Shown: positions 50,312 to 64,000 of the stretch, piece after piece
Layout of the letters: each line of letters begins with the position of its first letter
Position numbering within the stretch: position 1 is the first letter of the stretch
DNA from: Octopus vulgaris
Lineage: Eukaryota
DNA length: 64,000 bases
Assembly: GCA_951406725.2 (NCBI GenBank)
Contig: OX597815.1
Location: 141,980,001-142,044,000, forward strand
Reading direction: 5' to 3'
The notes under the pieces: model-generated
Databases searched by the model: none
What the model was told of the DNA's origin: nothing
What the model saw: only the letters and a program-made list of their open reading frames with translations
Program-made: the position numbers and the translations under genes

Positions 50312-52260
50312 CAAGACCCTGCTGAAATCTAGGTAGATGACATCGGTGTTGCAGCCCTCTCCCAACCCTCTCAAAAGAAAATGATGTGCTAGTCTCTTCC
50401 TTCTATTACGGAACCCATGTGACATGTGACAATACTGAATCTACTGTTATGACAAAGCGATCAAGAGACACAGTATAAAAAAGGCTTCCTGGTCCCTCCC
50501 CTGACCCAAGAAGTTCGGGCAAAGCAAGTCCACTAAGAAACAAATAGGTTCCGTAATAGCAGTTTGTTGCTTTCAAGAAAATGGGTTATTCGTGATCTCG
50601 CCAATCTCTGAAATGCATTGATGATATGAGAGGTGAGTGAGATCAGGCGGTAGTTCACTGCAAGGGACTTGATTCCCGTTTTCAAAACCGGGACTGAAAT
50701 AGAACGTTTTCAGGAATATAGACAGCATCCAGCGAGTTCCTTTATAGATTAGCAAGAAGAGATGCAATTTGGTTACGACACACCTTCAAGACACAAGCAG
50801 GGAACTTATCAGGGCATACTGCTGAATTGTATAATTTCGTTTCTTGCTGCTAAGACGTGTGTCAAACAGTATCTCCGATAGAGTGTGTTGACGATTAACA
50901 TAATTGAAACAGTCTAGACGCGTCATATCTGGTTTGCTGAAAACAGACCAGCACTCTTTCTGCAGTATCTCACTCATGGATTTGATATTATCTTGGAGAG
51001 TGCCATTTCCATCAATTAGAAGACAAAGAGTGGAGACAGTGACCTTGTGTTTTTTTTTCTCGCAAAAGAGGTCACTTTGTGGTTGAGTTTGATTTTCTCA
51101 ACGGCCCATTTCTACTCTGATGTTCTATGGCTACTTATGGTGGTCTACATGTATTGTTGTAGGTTATATATATTTCTATTCAAGCAGGGCGATAGCCGTT
51201 GAATATATGTGTGGCTTTTGGAAGTTTCTTAATTTTTTGTGTTTCCTTATTTTTCTGATAATAGTTTTTTTCTCTTTTGGGAAATCCTACACTTAGTTTT
51301 GTTCACGGGTCTTGGTGGGGTGTGTTTTGCACATATGTTTGTGACAATGTCAACAAAGATCTGCCAAGATATTTTAATGCTGGACGAGGTGTGTGCATAT
51401 GTGAAAGACCGGTAAACATGTGATAGCTCATTCATGATTGCGTCCCAGCCGACATTATAGAGATCCATGTTATCAAATGGGATGGCTGGAGAGAGGGCAC
51501 TAGGGTTAGGTTTCGGCTGGTGGAATCTGAGGTAACAGAGAATCATGTCTTAACATTATGCATAGTGTTAGTGTGTCTAATAAACACAAAGTCTAAAATG
51601 TTCAGATATCTTGTTGGTGCGACGACAACCTGGGACAAGTAAAACTCATTCACAAAGTCAAGAAGTGATTCTACTCTTTCTCTGTCAGCAGTTGAGGTGG
51701 GAGCGCCCTGTTTCAAGCAGTTTGTAGACCAAGCAACATAGGGTCAATTAAAATCTCCCATCATAATTATGTTATTAGAATGGCACTGTTGAATAAAGCA
51801 CTTAATGCTGTTGAAGCATATTTTACAGCGCAGTACAGATGTTTGAGGTGGCTTATACAGCCCAACAAGTATCAGTTCAATGGTTTTGTTGTGAACACTG
51901 ACCGATTCACAGTAGCATTGGAAAATCTCATATTTCCATCTGACGAAAAAGAATCATGCAGGAAGATGGCAGATCCACCTTTCCTTCTGATGACTAGATC
52001 TGCGCGGATAGTTGTGAAATTCCTCACTTTCACTTCGGCTTCCAAGTGGGCTTTGTCAAGGTGGCTCTCGGTAAGAATGAAGAAAGGGATGTGGTATGGA
52101 GGGATTGGGTTACCAACCCAATCTTCAACGAATAGGATTTTCCATGTTCGTGCATTGATAGAGCGACAGACACATTGCGCATTAAGTAGGAATATAGAGG
52201 CTAGCGTAGTGGTGGGTATAACAACCATCCGATGAACGGCAAGGCGTGACTCTGAGTCAG
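50312..52260 (-). mobile_element. CR1-group LINE ORF2 pseudogene (APE endonuclease plus N-terminal RT), truncated within the RT
   Basis: Minus-strand remnants: LLNAQ, ILTESHL, IRADLVIRRKGGSAIF, MGDFN, PTRYLNILDFVF (APE); EMSEILQKECWSVFSKPD, CPDKFPACVLK, RITHFLESNKL, HGFRNRR, EGCNTDVIYLDFSRV (RT). There are many stops and frameshifts. Confidence 0.9.
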
Positions 52261-52308
52261 TTTTTATGGTATTTTTGCAACTTTGATAACAAAATATACA
52301 TACATTTA

Positions 52309-52357
<49 letters not shown>

Positions 52358-52360
<3 letters not shown>

Positions 52361-52579
52361 CTACCTACAAGGGGCTAAACATAGAGGGGACAAACAAGGA
52401 CAGACAAACGGATTAAGTCGATTGCATCAACCCCAGTGCGTAACTGGTACTTAATTTATCGACTCCGAAAGGATGAAAGGTAAAGTCGACCTTGGTGGAA
52501 TTTGAACTTAGAACGTAACGGCAGACGAAATACGGCTACGCATTTCGCCCGGCATGCTAACGTTTCTGCCAGCTCGCCT
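52358..52579 (-). mobile_element. SINE family C, full length
   Basis: Reverse complement of 33171-33390. The minus strand starts GGCGAGCTGGCAGAAACGTTAGC and has the B-box-like AGTTCAAATTCC. Confidence 0.9.
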
Positions 52580-54049
52580 TATATATATATATACCCGTCC
52601 TCACTGACCTCCGATAATTTATTCTTTGATCGCTTACCAACTGCGTAAATATGTTCTCTAAAATTCTGTGGGCAATAGTATATCTAGGTTGTTGTATGTC
52701 AAAAGATCCTGTAATATATTCCCCTAAATAAGTATGTTCTGCTTTATTTTGCCGCACGATATTTTGATATGGATAAGTTCAGCCTATATTTTATATTAGA
52801 GACGGTATATACTTTTATAAATCCATTTGTTAATTGTCATCTGAATTCGTAATTGCTTGTTTTTCACCCACAGCTACATGTACGGTTATTAGAAAAAAAC
52901 TGAAATATTTTGATATTAGAAATTTGAGAGATTCAAAATCCAATTTGCTTTCTTCCGTGTCTTGTTGATGCATTCATTCTGGTTTCCAAATAAAACTGTA
53001 ATTCTAAATATCAAATCAATGTTGTTTTCGACGGTTGTGATATGTAGTGGTTAAGAGACTTTTGATCCATGATTATGCGTTCATAGTATCAATATCCCTT
53101 TAAGACACACAAGATTAATGTTGCTAAGCAGGGTACGCAATTTCTGTTTCCTTTGGAAATATCGTTGATGGATTTGAGGAGGTGAACTGAGAATTCTAGG
53201 TTAATAAGAAGAAAGACACCAGCAGAAACAATCCAATTAATTCAATTTATATCCATTTCAACATTTCGACATAGCACCTCTGAGATATCATGATGTTGAC
53301 CATCAATAGTGCTATGCAATCAGCGAATCTAATTGCCAGACTTCAGTGACGTGTTCTTTCAAATAAACGTATAGCTAATACCTTTCTTGTTCGTCAGGAA
53401 TTTCCAAGATGGTTACCTAACAACTAAACAAATTGCTGTCAACAATTTTAGAAAAACTTTTTATCGTGATTGATATTAACTTTCTACCTATGTTATATAT
53501 TGAATTGAATGATAGATTCTGTCGAAATGATTAAATGACAAACTACAAATCTCTAACGTTGATATATTTATATGTCTATCTTCAAATATCCTCTCTTTTC
53601 CCGTCTTGTTGACGCTGCAAAATCGAATTTTAATACATACTCATGTGCTCGATCGATTTATGTAGCCTATACGTTAAGCATTGATCGACTCTAAATAACA
53701 GCAATGTCTCCCTTATATTATAGCAATTTGCAAATCCGAACGAACATGTTGAAAATGTTGACCTAAATAAATATATCTGTAGAAACTACGTGATGATAAC
53801 AGCTGAAACGTAATTCAGCTCGTTTAGGGCTCACTTGGGGTTTAACAACAGCAAGTAAGTCTTCCCAGCTACTATTAAGCAGAAAATTACAAAATTGGTT
53901 AGAAATGCTTTAATGAATTATAATTATTTATTCCCTGAACTAATTAAGTTCCAAAGTCTCCTATTAATTAACGATCCTCTATGGACCGACGCTGCATACG
54001 TGAGAAATTATTAGCGAATTTATAGTCGACATTATAGCAAAGTAATAAG

Positions 54050-54950
54050 TCTAGATCTAGCTATGCATTTGGTAGAATAGTTATTATGTTCGTTATCTTA
54101 CGCTGTGTTTTGTTATATTTTCTTATAATATCTATCAGTACATTTATTGTGGGGTTTACTTTAAGTTATATTATCATCGTCCTTTTGTTACCATTCATAT
54201 CGCTAGATTTTTTTTTCTGTTAGGTCTTCATTTTTCTTTTTCATTGTTAAGGTTCTCATTATCAATATTTCTTGGTTTAATGATATTAATTTTATAACTA
54301 GGTTCTTTAATTCTATCTTTATGAATAGAAATATTTTTACCCTTATATCCAGTTTCCGCTAGAGTATGCTTGAAATATTTTTCTTTATTTTTCAACAATT
54401 CCTTATTTACAGGGAACCGTGATAAATGAAGTGAGATGTTTTTAATTAATATTTTTAGGATGATTTCAATTTTCACTTATGTATCTAAGGTGATGATTAA
54501 GTTTGTGGTGTAGTTGGTATAGTCACATATATACATGTAGATTAGTATCTAGAAAATTAAATTTACTATGTTCTTTCGGACTGAAAATAGAATGTGCTAG
54601 ACCTTAAACAATCTGAAAAGATGTTCGCGACCTTTCCAAGATAGCACTAGCAGATCTATATATTGTAAAAACAGCGTCGTGCCTAGAACTACGATGTATA
54701 TTTCACTACTCTATCTAGTGTCTTTTTTCCTAATCTTTTATATACCATCAACAAAATCATATTTCAGTAACTTATATATAAACCTGGAATGATTAATCTG
54801 ATTCAGCCTCCCGCTTGAAAAACAGCTTCAATAAAGTTGTAAAGGAATGTCGACCTTTAGATTTCAATATGTACAACAATTGATTTAATATAAATCGATT
54901 AAATGCGCACAAGTACAGTATCAATGGACACTAAGACACTTTTGCAACAG
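54050..54950 (-). mobile_element. Decayed Penelope-like RT fragment
   Basis: Minus-strand remnants SSRHDAVF (YRDD position), NFLDTNL, KLNHHLRYIS, LKILIKNISLHLSRFPVNKELLKNKEKYFKHTLAETGYK and a downstream YSTK match the Penelope RT thumb pattern (KP..LRYI..SNHP..IS.R.S.N...Y..AL..SGY). Confidence 0.65.
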
Positions 54951-55679
54951 AAACAGGTGAAGGAATGTAATATGAAGAAAATACTTTTATTAAAGAAATT
55001 CTTCAATCTTCATTATTCTATCTTGATCATATACTCTGTATTCTACATGAAATCCATTGAAGAGAACTCAGGATTTACTAATAGATGGGTCTAAATTTTA
55101 ATGGTTTATTCTAAACGATTGTTTCGTATCATTCGATATGATTAGCCAAGTGGGAGTAGTATCAGAGTGTTCGTAAAGTATCTGCTGAAAATTAAAATCT
55201 CCATTCCGTTCCGTTATATATACGCATGTAATCCATCTGTTGCTTTTGCTAAAGCATATCTTAACAAGGATGCTCAGAAATAAAGATAGGTAAAGAATAG
55301 CATAGTATATTTTGAGGATTTTTTGCATGCGCATGAGATCATGTCCCTTCCATATTCCTGAGACTGCGACCCATATTAGCAGTGGGTATATCTTGTCCCG
55401 GCGTGTCTCTGCATCATGTCGGAAGGGTGGTGAGTGTCTGTGAGGTGCTGTGCAAACCTTATGGGACCTACAATTCTAGGTTGTGCAATCGCCGGCAAGG
55501 TGGCTATCCGATGCCCGGTCAGTTAGGATGCCTACACGGTGAACCAGCGTCAGGTATGTCGCTCCAGTTTACGTCGAGAGAAAATATTTTTAATGGGGTG
55601 TACTCTAGAAGTTTTGATACCTATTTAGAGTGGGCGGTTAGAACTGCCCTGCATCACTGTATGTTTATTTTATCATTAC

Positions 55680-55875
55680 CGTACATCTAATGAGCTTTCT
55701 TACCAAAGTGTTTTATTCCACATTGAAGGAGAACGCATCCAAGTAAAAATTGATTGTCATAGCTGTCTAGTTTTGAGAATGCAGTTGAGAGATGAACACA
55801 ATTTGGAAGATCGCATTGCAATAAAGTGCTGTGTTAAACTGTGCAAAAACGCTACAGAAACTTACGAAATACTTT
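55680..55875 (+). mobile_element. Mariner 5' fragment
   Basis: LEDRIAIKCCVKLCKNATETYEIL at about 55803-55874 matches the mariner N-terminus (EQR.AIKFCVKLGK.ATETYEML). Confidence 0.7.
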
Positions 55876-55879
55876 GTTA

Positions 55880-56765
55880 TCTTTTGTTGTTTACTTAGCT
55901 TTTGTTGGAAATATTACGTCTGTCTTCGTGTTATAAGCAATATCCCAGTGCTTATATTATTTGACATTACTCAGTGATCATTATCTACATTTTCTTGATG
56001 TATTTTTCCTTTTAAATGTTCTAGTTCTGATATATATCTATTTGCTTTCAGTATATATCTTCGTATGTTAGCTAGTCTTTTAGGGTTTATTGCTGTATCC
56101 AAGTGTTTATTTAGGCTATTTTACTTCCAGATTTTATATGCATACGTTGTGGAGCTTTCGGTTTTTGGGTAGAGCATTGCTGTAAAATAAGAATGTAAGA
56201 TTGAGATATATTCCTCACGTGTTCATTTACGCTTTTTGGGGTTTTAATTCCAGGACATGAGGAACAACGTCCAGCCCGTTATTTCGACTGTCATCATTTT
56301 AGTAGGGTACCGGTCCGTTCATTTCTGGTGTTAAATTGCTTCGCACGTGTAGTTTTTCGTACTTTTTGTTTAACAAGTTTAAAGTACGTACTTCCCGATT
56401 GTTATTCTTGGGTTGAATAATACCGGTACTATTAAATTTATTTGTAATTACTTTGTACATGGTGTTTTTGTACTTGTTGTTTTGTACATTGTCTTGTTTT
56501 GATCAATCGTAATGTGTCGAGCGTGTTTTCATGTGCTGTGCCAGCAGTGGAGATGATATCAAGTTAAAATACATCATTTCACTTGGAAAATAAAAATAAA
56601 TTTCAATGTGTATTACTTACTCGGATATAATGCAACCCATTGTCAGCTGTTTTTGCTCCATGCACTCTTCTTATTGCCGCTGATTTTGGATAGATTTTGG
56701 AGTAATGTTTTATCCCTCTCTAAACGTCTCCGGTGTTTTCTTGCTCTCACATGTTAAACGACCCC
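55880..56765 (-). mobile_element. R4/Dong-clade element 5' fragment (N-terminal ORF remnant, probable 5' UTR)
   Basis: The minus strand at about 56235-55980 reads KRK*TREEYISILHSYF...AYKIWK*...PKRLANIRRYILKANRYISELEHLK, like the R.KWT.E...I...Y..W...RLA...R.I...EL N-terminus of R4/Dong ORFs. The upstream boundary is inferred. Confidence 0.6.
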
Positions 56766-56767
56766 GA

Positions 56768-57111
<344 letters not shown>

Positions 57112-57494
57112 CAGATCACTACCTGGAATCGAATCGGTTCTTGGGGTTAAGTGCGCTAATTGTAAATAAGGTAAATAATGTAAATATTGCAGGCAAATTT
57201 AATTAGGTATTCTATTTTGAGATTTTGGGACAATTCTCTTCAAATCCCAACATTCATTCTTAGGGTTCTGGCAGAATATAGGATGCTACATATCAGCAGA
57301 TCGCCAATGCCAGTGCGTTTCCAATTTCTGTCAGGCTTTTCAGGCTTTTATGCACCATTTTTGGTATTGTGTCTATTGTACACTTATTGCTACGGGAATA
57401 GTTGTTGTCTTCGTCTTCCTCATTCTCTTTAGCTGTCTGGTTAGCTCCTTGTGTCTCAATTTTTTCCTTTTTTTATTTTGTTTTGGCGGAGGTA

Positions 57495-57680
57495 TTAATT
57501 CTGAGAGAATCGTTAGTACGTCGGGAAAAACACTCTGCGGAATTTCATCCACCTTTGCATTCTGGGGTTTCAATCCCGCCGCGGTCGATTTCGTGTTTGT
57601 TTCATCCTTTGAGATTCGATGACATAAGTGCTAGTCAAATACTGAGATCACAAAATTTCGGGTCTTGTGCCTGTAGTAGA
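57495..57680 (+). mobile_element. Degraded SINE family C
   Basis: agaatcgttagtacgtcgggaaaaac...tttcaatcccgccgcggtcgatttcgtg...tttcatcctttgagattcgat. Confidence 0.7.
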
Positions 57681-57719
57681 AAAGATCTTTATTATTGTCG
57701 CTGTTGTGGGTGTTGTTGC

Positions 57720-57793
57720 AATTATGGTTAGTATTACCATTGTTAATATAATCATTATTATCACTATTATCATTATCTTTATCATCATTCTCG

Positions 57794-57840
<47 letters not shown>
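57720..57840. repeat. (ATC)n/(ATT)n microsatellite
   Basis: Directly visible. Confidence 0.9.
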
Positions 57841-57841
<1 letters not shown>

Positions 57842-60536
57842 ACGCCATTGCTGGAGAATCTCGGGAGCTCTGAACAAATTAACTTGACAAATTTATTGCA
57901 ATACTTTTCATCCCACGTTCAAACCCAATAGAAGTTCACATTGTGATCAATAACATATAATATTATCCAAGTATTGGTTTTGATGATACTGGCTGTCCTC
58001 CTCACCTCAAATTTACTTGTGGTGTACTGTACCCATGTGAAAAAACATACCAATTTTATTGTATGAAATGCGAAAATATTCTTGCTTCGTTCTGTATACA
58101 ATAATATATCGATATCATTCCCTAACTTCATATAATATCAACAGAAGTAAGCTGAAGCATACTTCATTTGTTGCACAAATGTTTGGAAAGGAGAGTCAAA
58201 TACTTGAACGTTACAGCAAATATAGTCTATTTTTCTATCAAAATAAATATTTAGAAAGCTGTCCACATTTCATGTATAAAATATATTCATATTTTTTCTC
58301 ATAATCTACCAACTATAGTTGTTTTTGATATTGTCGTTTTTATTGCGTTTGGTTTCGTTTTTTATCTAGTTGTTGATATTGATGTAGTTTGTAATTCCTT
58401 TTCATTTGTTATGATCGTTGTTAGCTGACATATGTTTGGCACTTATTAAAGCATTGAATGTCTTATGCCTACTAAAGTAGACCAACAGGAGAGACAACAA
58501 AATCAGAAACAACAACAAATACTACAACAATACTATTTAAAAAGGACTAATAAAAAGTACTGTACGTTTTGGTAATATTCGTTGGTTTCACGCAGTTGTT
58601 TTTTGTTATTTTTCTTCACTTCTTAAGTTTGATGATTCGCAATATCTAGCTAACGTTATTAACTTTGCAGTATATAAGCAAATATTCAAAATACGGAAGG
58701 AAACATGTAAACAGCAAAAGGCAAATACCAAGAATAATTTCCTTCGTCCCTCTTCTGTCATTATTAGCGTTGTTATCACTGCCAAAACTTCAACCACTAA
58801 TATCATGATCAACAGCGGTAGTAACAGTGACAACAGCAGCCACTATTATTTTCGTGTTGCCGCTCCTTCACCCTCCCTCCGCTCCTCATCTACTTCTTCA
58901 TCCTTCCCCTCATCCTCATCGCTTTCGTTTTCATATCATCTGCATTGTATCGTCAACATCAGCAGCAGTATTTTATTTAACACCACTGACAACACAATAG
59001 CAATCATCTTCATTATCATTATTATCACGCTGATACTGAAAAATCGTCGAGAATATCATCCGAAACATTTCTGCCATTATCATCCGCATGTCTACCTTTC
59101 TCCTCATTGCCACCACCACCACAACGATTACCAACAATCCCGCCATCCTCCTCCTCCGCCTCCTCCTCATCATCATCATCATCACCAAAGCCACTATGTT
59201 AATTCTTACAAATTTACGTCCCAGTTATTATGCTGTTCGTACATTCATATTTTTTACATTTCTTCGGCTGTCAAATGGATTGAAAGGAAAAGTCAAAAGT
59301 TATTGATATAACACTTATTATTATTAAACGAAGAATAGAGATATGTATAGCAAATAGAGCAGCCGTGCATTATTATTTATTTATTCATTTATTTATTGGC
59401 TTATACATTTGCAGTCTTCTATGCTATGTAAATAATCTCCAGATTCGAATAAACAGACATTTGAAATCAAAATGTTACAAATATTTTTTATGTCGACATA
59501 AATAAGACATAACAATACGATAAATTTTTTTCCGTTTAACTAAATTTCAGGTATTCATTTCAAATATTTAATTCTATATCAAAAAATTGTCGAACTGCAT
59601 AGCGATTTATATTATGTTTCCAACGAGACAATCAGGCGATTCGATTAATTCCTGGTGGTACGAGCGACGAGATAGTGTCTGTAATAACATATAGAGCAAA
59701 TTTTGCAAAGCTTTTTTCTTTAATCAACAAAGATTCATATTCCTCATTTAAGTAAAACTCAATTAAACACTGTGCAAATAACACTGAAGTTGAACAAAGA
59801 ATGAGTGGCGAAACAAGATATTCTCTGTATTTAATATAACCGCGAAATTGAGGAGAGTGAATTATTGCTGGCGTATCTGCTGCTTCTTAGTACTCATATG
59901 ATGCCCTCCTATCTCACTTAAATATATAGTAACTAGATTGTAACAAATATTGTGTATTACAAAAGTGGTGGCAACGTGGTACAACTTGATTTTTTTAATA
60001 CTTTGTCTCTCTCTCTCTATATATATATATGTGTGTGCGTGTGTGTGTATGCACGTATGTATATATATATATATATATATGTATTAGTTGCCTAACAGTG
60101 ATTTTATCTCTAATTTAATTTATATATATATATATATATAATTCTTTCACTCATTACACTCATTTTTTTTATTGCAGCCTTGATATGTTTCCAGCGTAGA
60201 TCCAAAGTTTGACTGAAATTTAGAAGAGAATACATACACACACACGCGCATGTATGTATGTATGTTTGTATGTATGTATGTATGTGTGTATATTTACATA
60301 CTTAATGTTGACTAATGAAACATATTGCACTAGATATACTTATCAAATTTTTTATTGACAGTTGAGGGTCTGTTGCGCGAGTGGACTTTCATGCTACTGT
60401 GATCGTCGGGTGAATCACTTCATTCCCCTGAAAATTGCATATCTATAAACGCGTCTATATGTTTATGTCTATATGTATATATATATATATATGTATATAT
60501 ATGTATATATATCTATATAGAAATATACATATATAC

Positions 60537-60605
<69 letters not shown>

Positions 60606-62483
60606 CTGTGTCTGTGTGTGTGTATTATGTATACATGTATGTATGCACACCTGTGTATTTCTACACAGATTATAGATTATAGGTTATAGATTAAATTATA
60701 TGGCAATTCTTCATTTATTGCAGTCTTTCCGGCTTTTGGTTTAGTGATAGGAGTTTGTATTAATCTGCATTGTCTAATATATCACTTCGCCTTTAGTGCA
60801 ACGATAAATTTCATAAGAATCAGTATTTTGGTGTTACTTATTTGTAATCTTCATTGATTACAATAACAATTTTTAGCGTCACTTGATTTTAATTGCATTT
60901 ACGGCGGATTATTTCACACTATTTAGGAAACCCTTTAGAATAGATTTCTATATACAAATATACATTTCTATGATCTTATTATCATATTTTCCCCTGAAGT
61001 GGGGGTTCGAAAATGTGTGACAGCTTGGATATAATTGAGATTTTAACAGGTACTCTGAAAACTAATAATGGCCTCCGGTTGAGAAAAAATGCCACAAATA
61101 TTGAGAAGCTTCATCACTCTTTTGTATCGTCCCTATGTATAGGCTGGCTTTGTAGTAAAATAGCAGCAAAAAATGAAAGTGTAACAACATATCGTTTCTG
61201 TGAAAGGTAATATTTCCAGATGATACGTTACGTCACAGGGATTATATAAAGAATGTTATACAATTTAAAGTAGAACATTTAAAAATTAAAATCACAAGAC
61301 GTACGCGCTGAAATTTTCACATATTAACTCAAGGAAATAGATTTCAGCGTCTACGCAGCTTCTTGATCAGCTAGAAATAGCAGCAAATTGTTTATCAGCC
61401 CATAGACCGCAATCTGAAGACTACGTTTGATAAACTACAGCGCATATTCCCAAATGATAAGATGGCCCGAAAAGGCATGATTATGATCAATGATATGATC
61501 TTGACTGGTAGTTGAACAGCGATGAGAATTTCCAACATGTACTCAAATATTTGTCGAATCAGAGATTTCACTTTTTATACTACACGATACAATTTCCTGA
61601 TATTTGCATAAGAGCAAACAATAAACTAGAAGCAACTAAATAATGAATTGGGCAAATATCTTATTAAAAGTCAGTAAACATAGAGATAATTTTTGCTAAA
61701 TTCAATAGAATCGTATTAAATGTGCATATGTAAGCGTTCGTATATGTGTATACATACTTGTGAAGACGTGTATAATGCATCATGAGTATAGTTAAGCAAT
61801 GTAAATTGACAGTCTGTCACTTCTTTTAGCAAATGATTATTTCTTACAACAGTGAATTTCGGATATTTAATTGGCATTTACCAGGATACCGCAGTTTTTT
61901 TTTATTCTGGTTATTATGTTATCTATTTTTTATTTGTTTGCGAAAAATTGATTGCATGTAAAGTTAAGAGAAAGTAACAATATTGCTAAAAGTTATAAAT
62001 AACGCTAAATTTTAAATGAAGCACGTCTCACGAGCTCGACAATCAAGAAAATTCACTTGAAATTTGAAGTTGATTTCTCTTACCATAAACCTTTAAGCAG
62101 TTATGATCACATACGCATTGACTTTACATTATTAACATACCAACACATTTGAAAGTATACAGGTAGCAAAATAGCTTGTTCATCTTCAAGTTGCCCATAT
62201 GTACCACACACACACACACACACGAGCGTGTGTGTGTATGTGTGTATGTGTGTGTATGTGTGTGTGTGGTATATATGGGCAACTTGAAGACGAATAAGAT
62301 TAATAGAAGCTATTTTGCTACCTGTATAATTAGGGTGGTGAAAATGATGTCCCCTTCTATTGTAAAGAATCTCTGAGATTAGCATAGTTGATAGCGTTAA
62401 CGTTCCGCCTAATTTTCTGTATTGTGACGTCTGCAGCAAAAACATATGCAGGGACAGTAGTGTACGTAACATATCAGACTGGA

Positions 62484-62720
62484 ATGCATGCGTGGCTTTT
62501 GTTTAGTGTGTTGGACTCGTGATCGTAAAGTTGTGCTTTCGATTACTGGACCGGGCTACGCATTGTGTTCTTGCGTAAAACACTTTATTTCACGTTGCCC
62601 CAGTCCACTTAGCTGGCAAAAATGAGTAATCCTGTGACAGTCCGGCATCTTTTCCAGATGGAAAATATATACGCCATGGAAACCAGGAGACCGCCCATGA
62701 GACTAGCGAAGGAACTTTAC
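62484..62720 (+). mobile_element. Old tRNA-headed SINE (family E)
   Basis: Decayed head gcatgcgtggc..ttagtgtgttggactcgtgatcgtaaagttgtgctttcgattactggaccgggc resembles the family A head. The central part is shared with 46403-46471, and the 3' part (catggaaaccaggagaccgcccatgag) is distinct. Confidence 0.65.
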
Positions 62721-63641
62721 TATTTTACTTTACAAGTATGGGGAAGAGGGAACGGTCTCGATGTTAATGCCTATCAGAATTCAATGTATAGGAAGATTCT
62801 TGAAGGTGTATTTAAGTGCTTAGGAATTCATGCTTAGGAAGATTCTTGTAGGTGTATTTAAGTGACATGTGTGTATATGTAAACATATGTGTAAGATTAG
62901 AAGTAATATAGCGTAGGGTAGCTGAAGTGTGGGAGAAATCAATGCTTGATTAAGTTTTAGTTCGATAGTGTGGAAACTCGTGTGTGTATGCCTGCGTTGG
63001 TGTGTCTCAAAAAATGACGTGACCGTAAACTGAGAAGTGCAAGGTTGAATATGATGGCGATGATACCATTTCGATTGCAAAGTAGCAGACTTCTGTCAGC
63101 TAGTCTTGATTATAGGGAACGGAGCTAGGCTTATTTCTATCAAGTCAAGCGCATAGAAGTAAGGGAAAACAACATATGGAAATGCTAGAAAATGCTAGAA
63201 ATGCTAGAAGTCAGGCAAACTGAATGTAGATGAATAAAGCTACGTTCTAGTCATTTCTGTAATCTAATTCCGCGGAACTGACTAGAATTTAAATATGTTT
63301 TGATAGAAATCATATTGATATATTGGTTAGCCCTCAAATGTATTACGAAACTAGTTCCATCGAATCATCGTACGCGTATGAATGTAAATTGCGCATGTAA
63401 TATATGTTGCAAAAGTGCCAGCAAACTCGCCAGTTACATATCCATGCTTGTATATTTTAGACATCGTGACACATTTTTGTTTGTACAAGTCCGTAGCGAA
63501 TCTACGTTGTAATCAAAGCCAGCAATTTTTACTAATTTCATAAACAGTGTTAGAGTCTATATGAATAATATATTTCTGTTTTGAATTGACATTTCTCTAC
63601 TTGCTGAAAGTAATTCATATTGCAGAATACACTCGCACGCA

Positions 63642-63720
<79 letters not shown>

Positions 63721-63911
63721 TACAGAGAGAGAGAGAGAGAGAGAGAAGAAGAAGAGAGGTGACAAGTAAGGGAAGAGAGAGATAATATATATATATACAA
63801 AGAGACAATTTTTGTTATAAAGTAAGACACATTTTATGAAATCTCTTCCCAAACTTTAGAGGTTGGTGCCTTTTCTCAATCTTAATTCTTTAAGAAAAAA
63901 AGATTCTCTCC

Positions 63912-63955
<44 letters not shown>

Positions 63956-64000
63956 GTTTGTGTGTATAAGTATATGTGTATGTATATATGTATATATATT

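Noticed and set aside
58805-59311. 168-aa Ser/His/Pro-rich ORF
   Set aside because: It is made of decayed (CAT)n, (CCT)n and (CAC)n triplet repeats, with no domain or splice support.
62788-62865. Short direct duplications (also 5555-5585, 10170-10208, 45148-45196 and 63180-63209) as CRISPR-like repeats
   Set aside because: They have only two or three units, no regular unique spacers, no cas genes and a eukaryotic context. They are ordinary slippage duplications.

Overview
This is AT-rich, repeat-dense eukaryotic DNA with no confidently identifiable host gene; it reads as intergenic or as one large intron. The mix of dense (TA)n/(CA)n/(GATA)n/(TTA)n microsatellites, three abundant tRNA-headed SINE families, decayed Tc1/mariner, CR1-group, R4/Dong and Penelope-like elements suggests an octopus (coleoid cephalopod) genome. 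That assignment is an inference from recalled repeat families, not a database result. Nearly all supplied ORFs are translations of microsatellites, SINEs or transposon debris. The strongest signal is a set of minimal type I hammerhead ribozyme motifs in apparent Penelope-like element ends. One is textbook-intact and present twice in inverted orientation (15317-15359 +, 15062-15104 -); variants lie at 6276-6363, 14555-14599 and 49198-49250. These ends recur at (TA)n tracts together with inverted copies of themselves and sometimes of flanking host DNA. Other notable items are a Merlin-like MITE with an 8-bp TSD that carries internal TTAGGG repeats, a nested SINE cluster with a 16-bp TSD, a head/tail chimeric SINE, and an R4/Dong 5' end next to a long (TAA)n tract. 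All alignments and folds were done by eye, and the boundaries of degraded elements are approximate.
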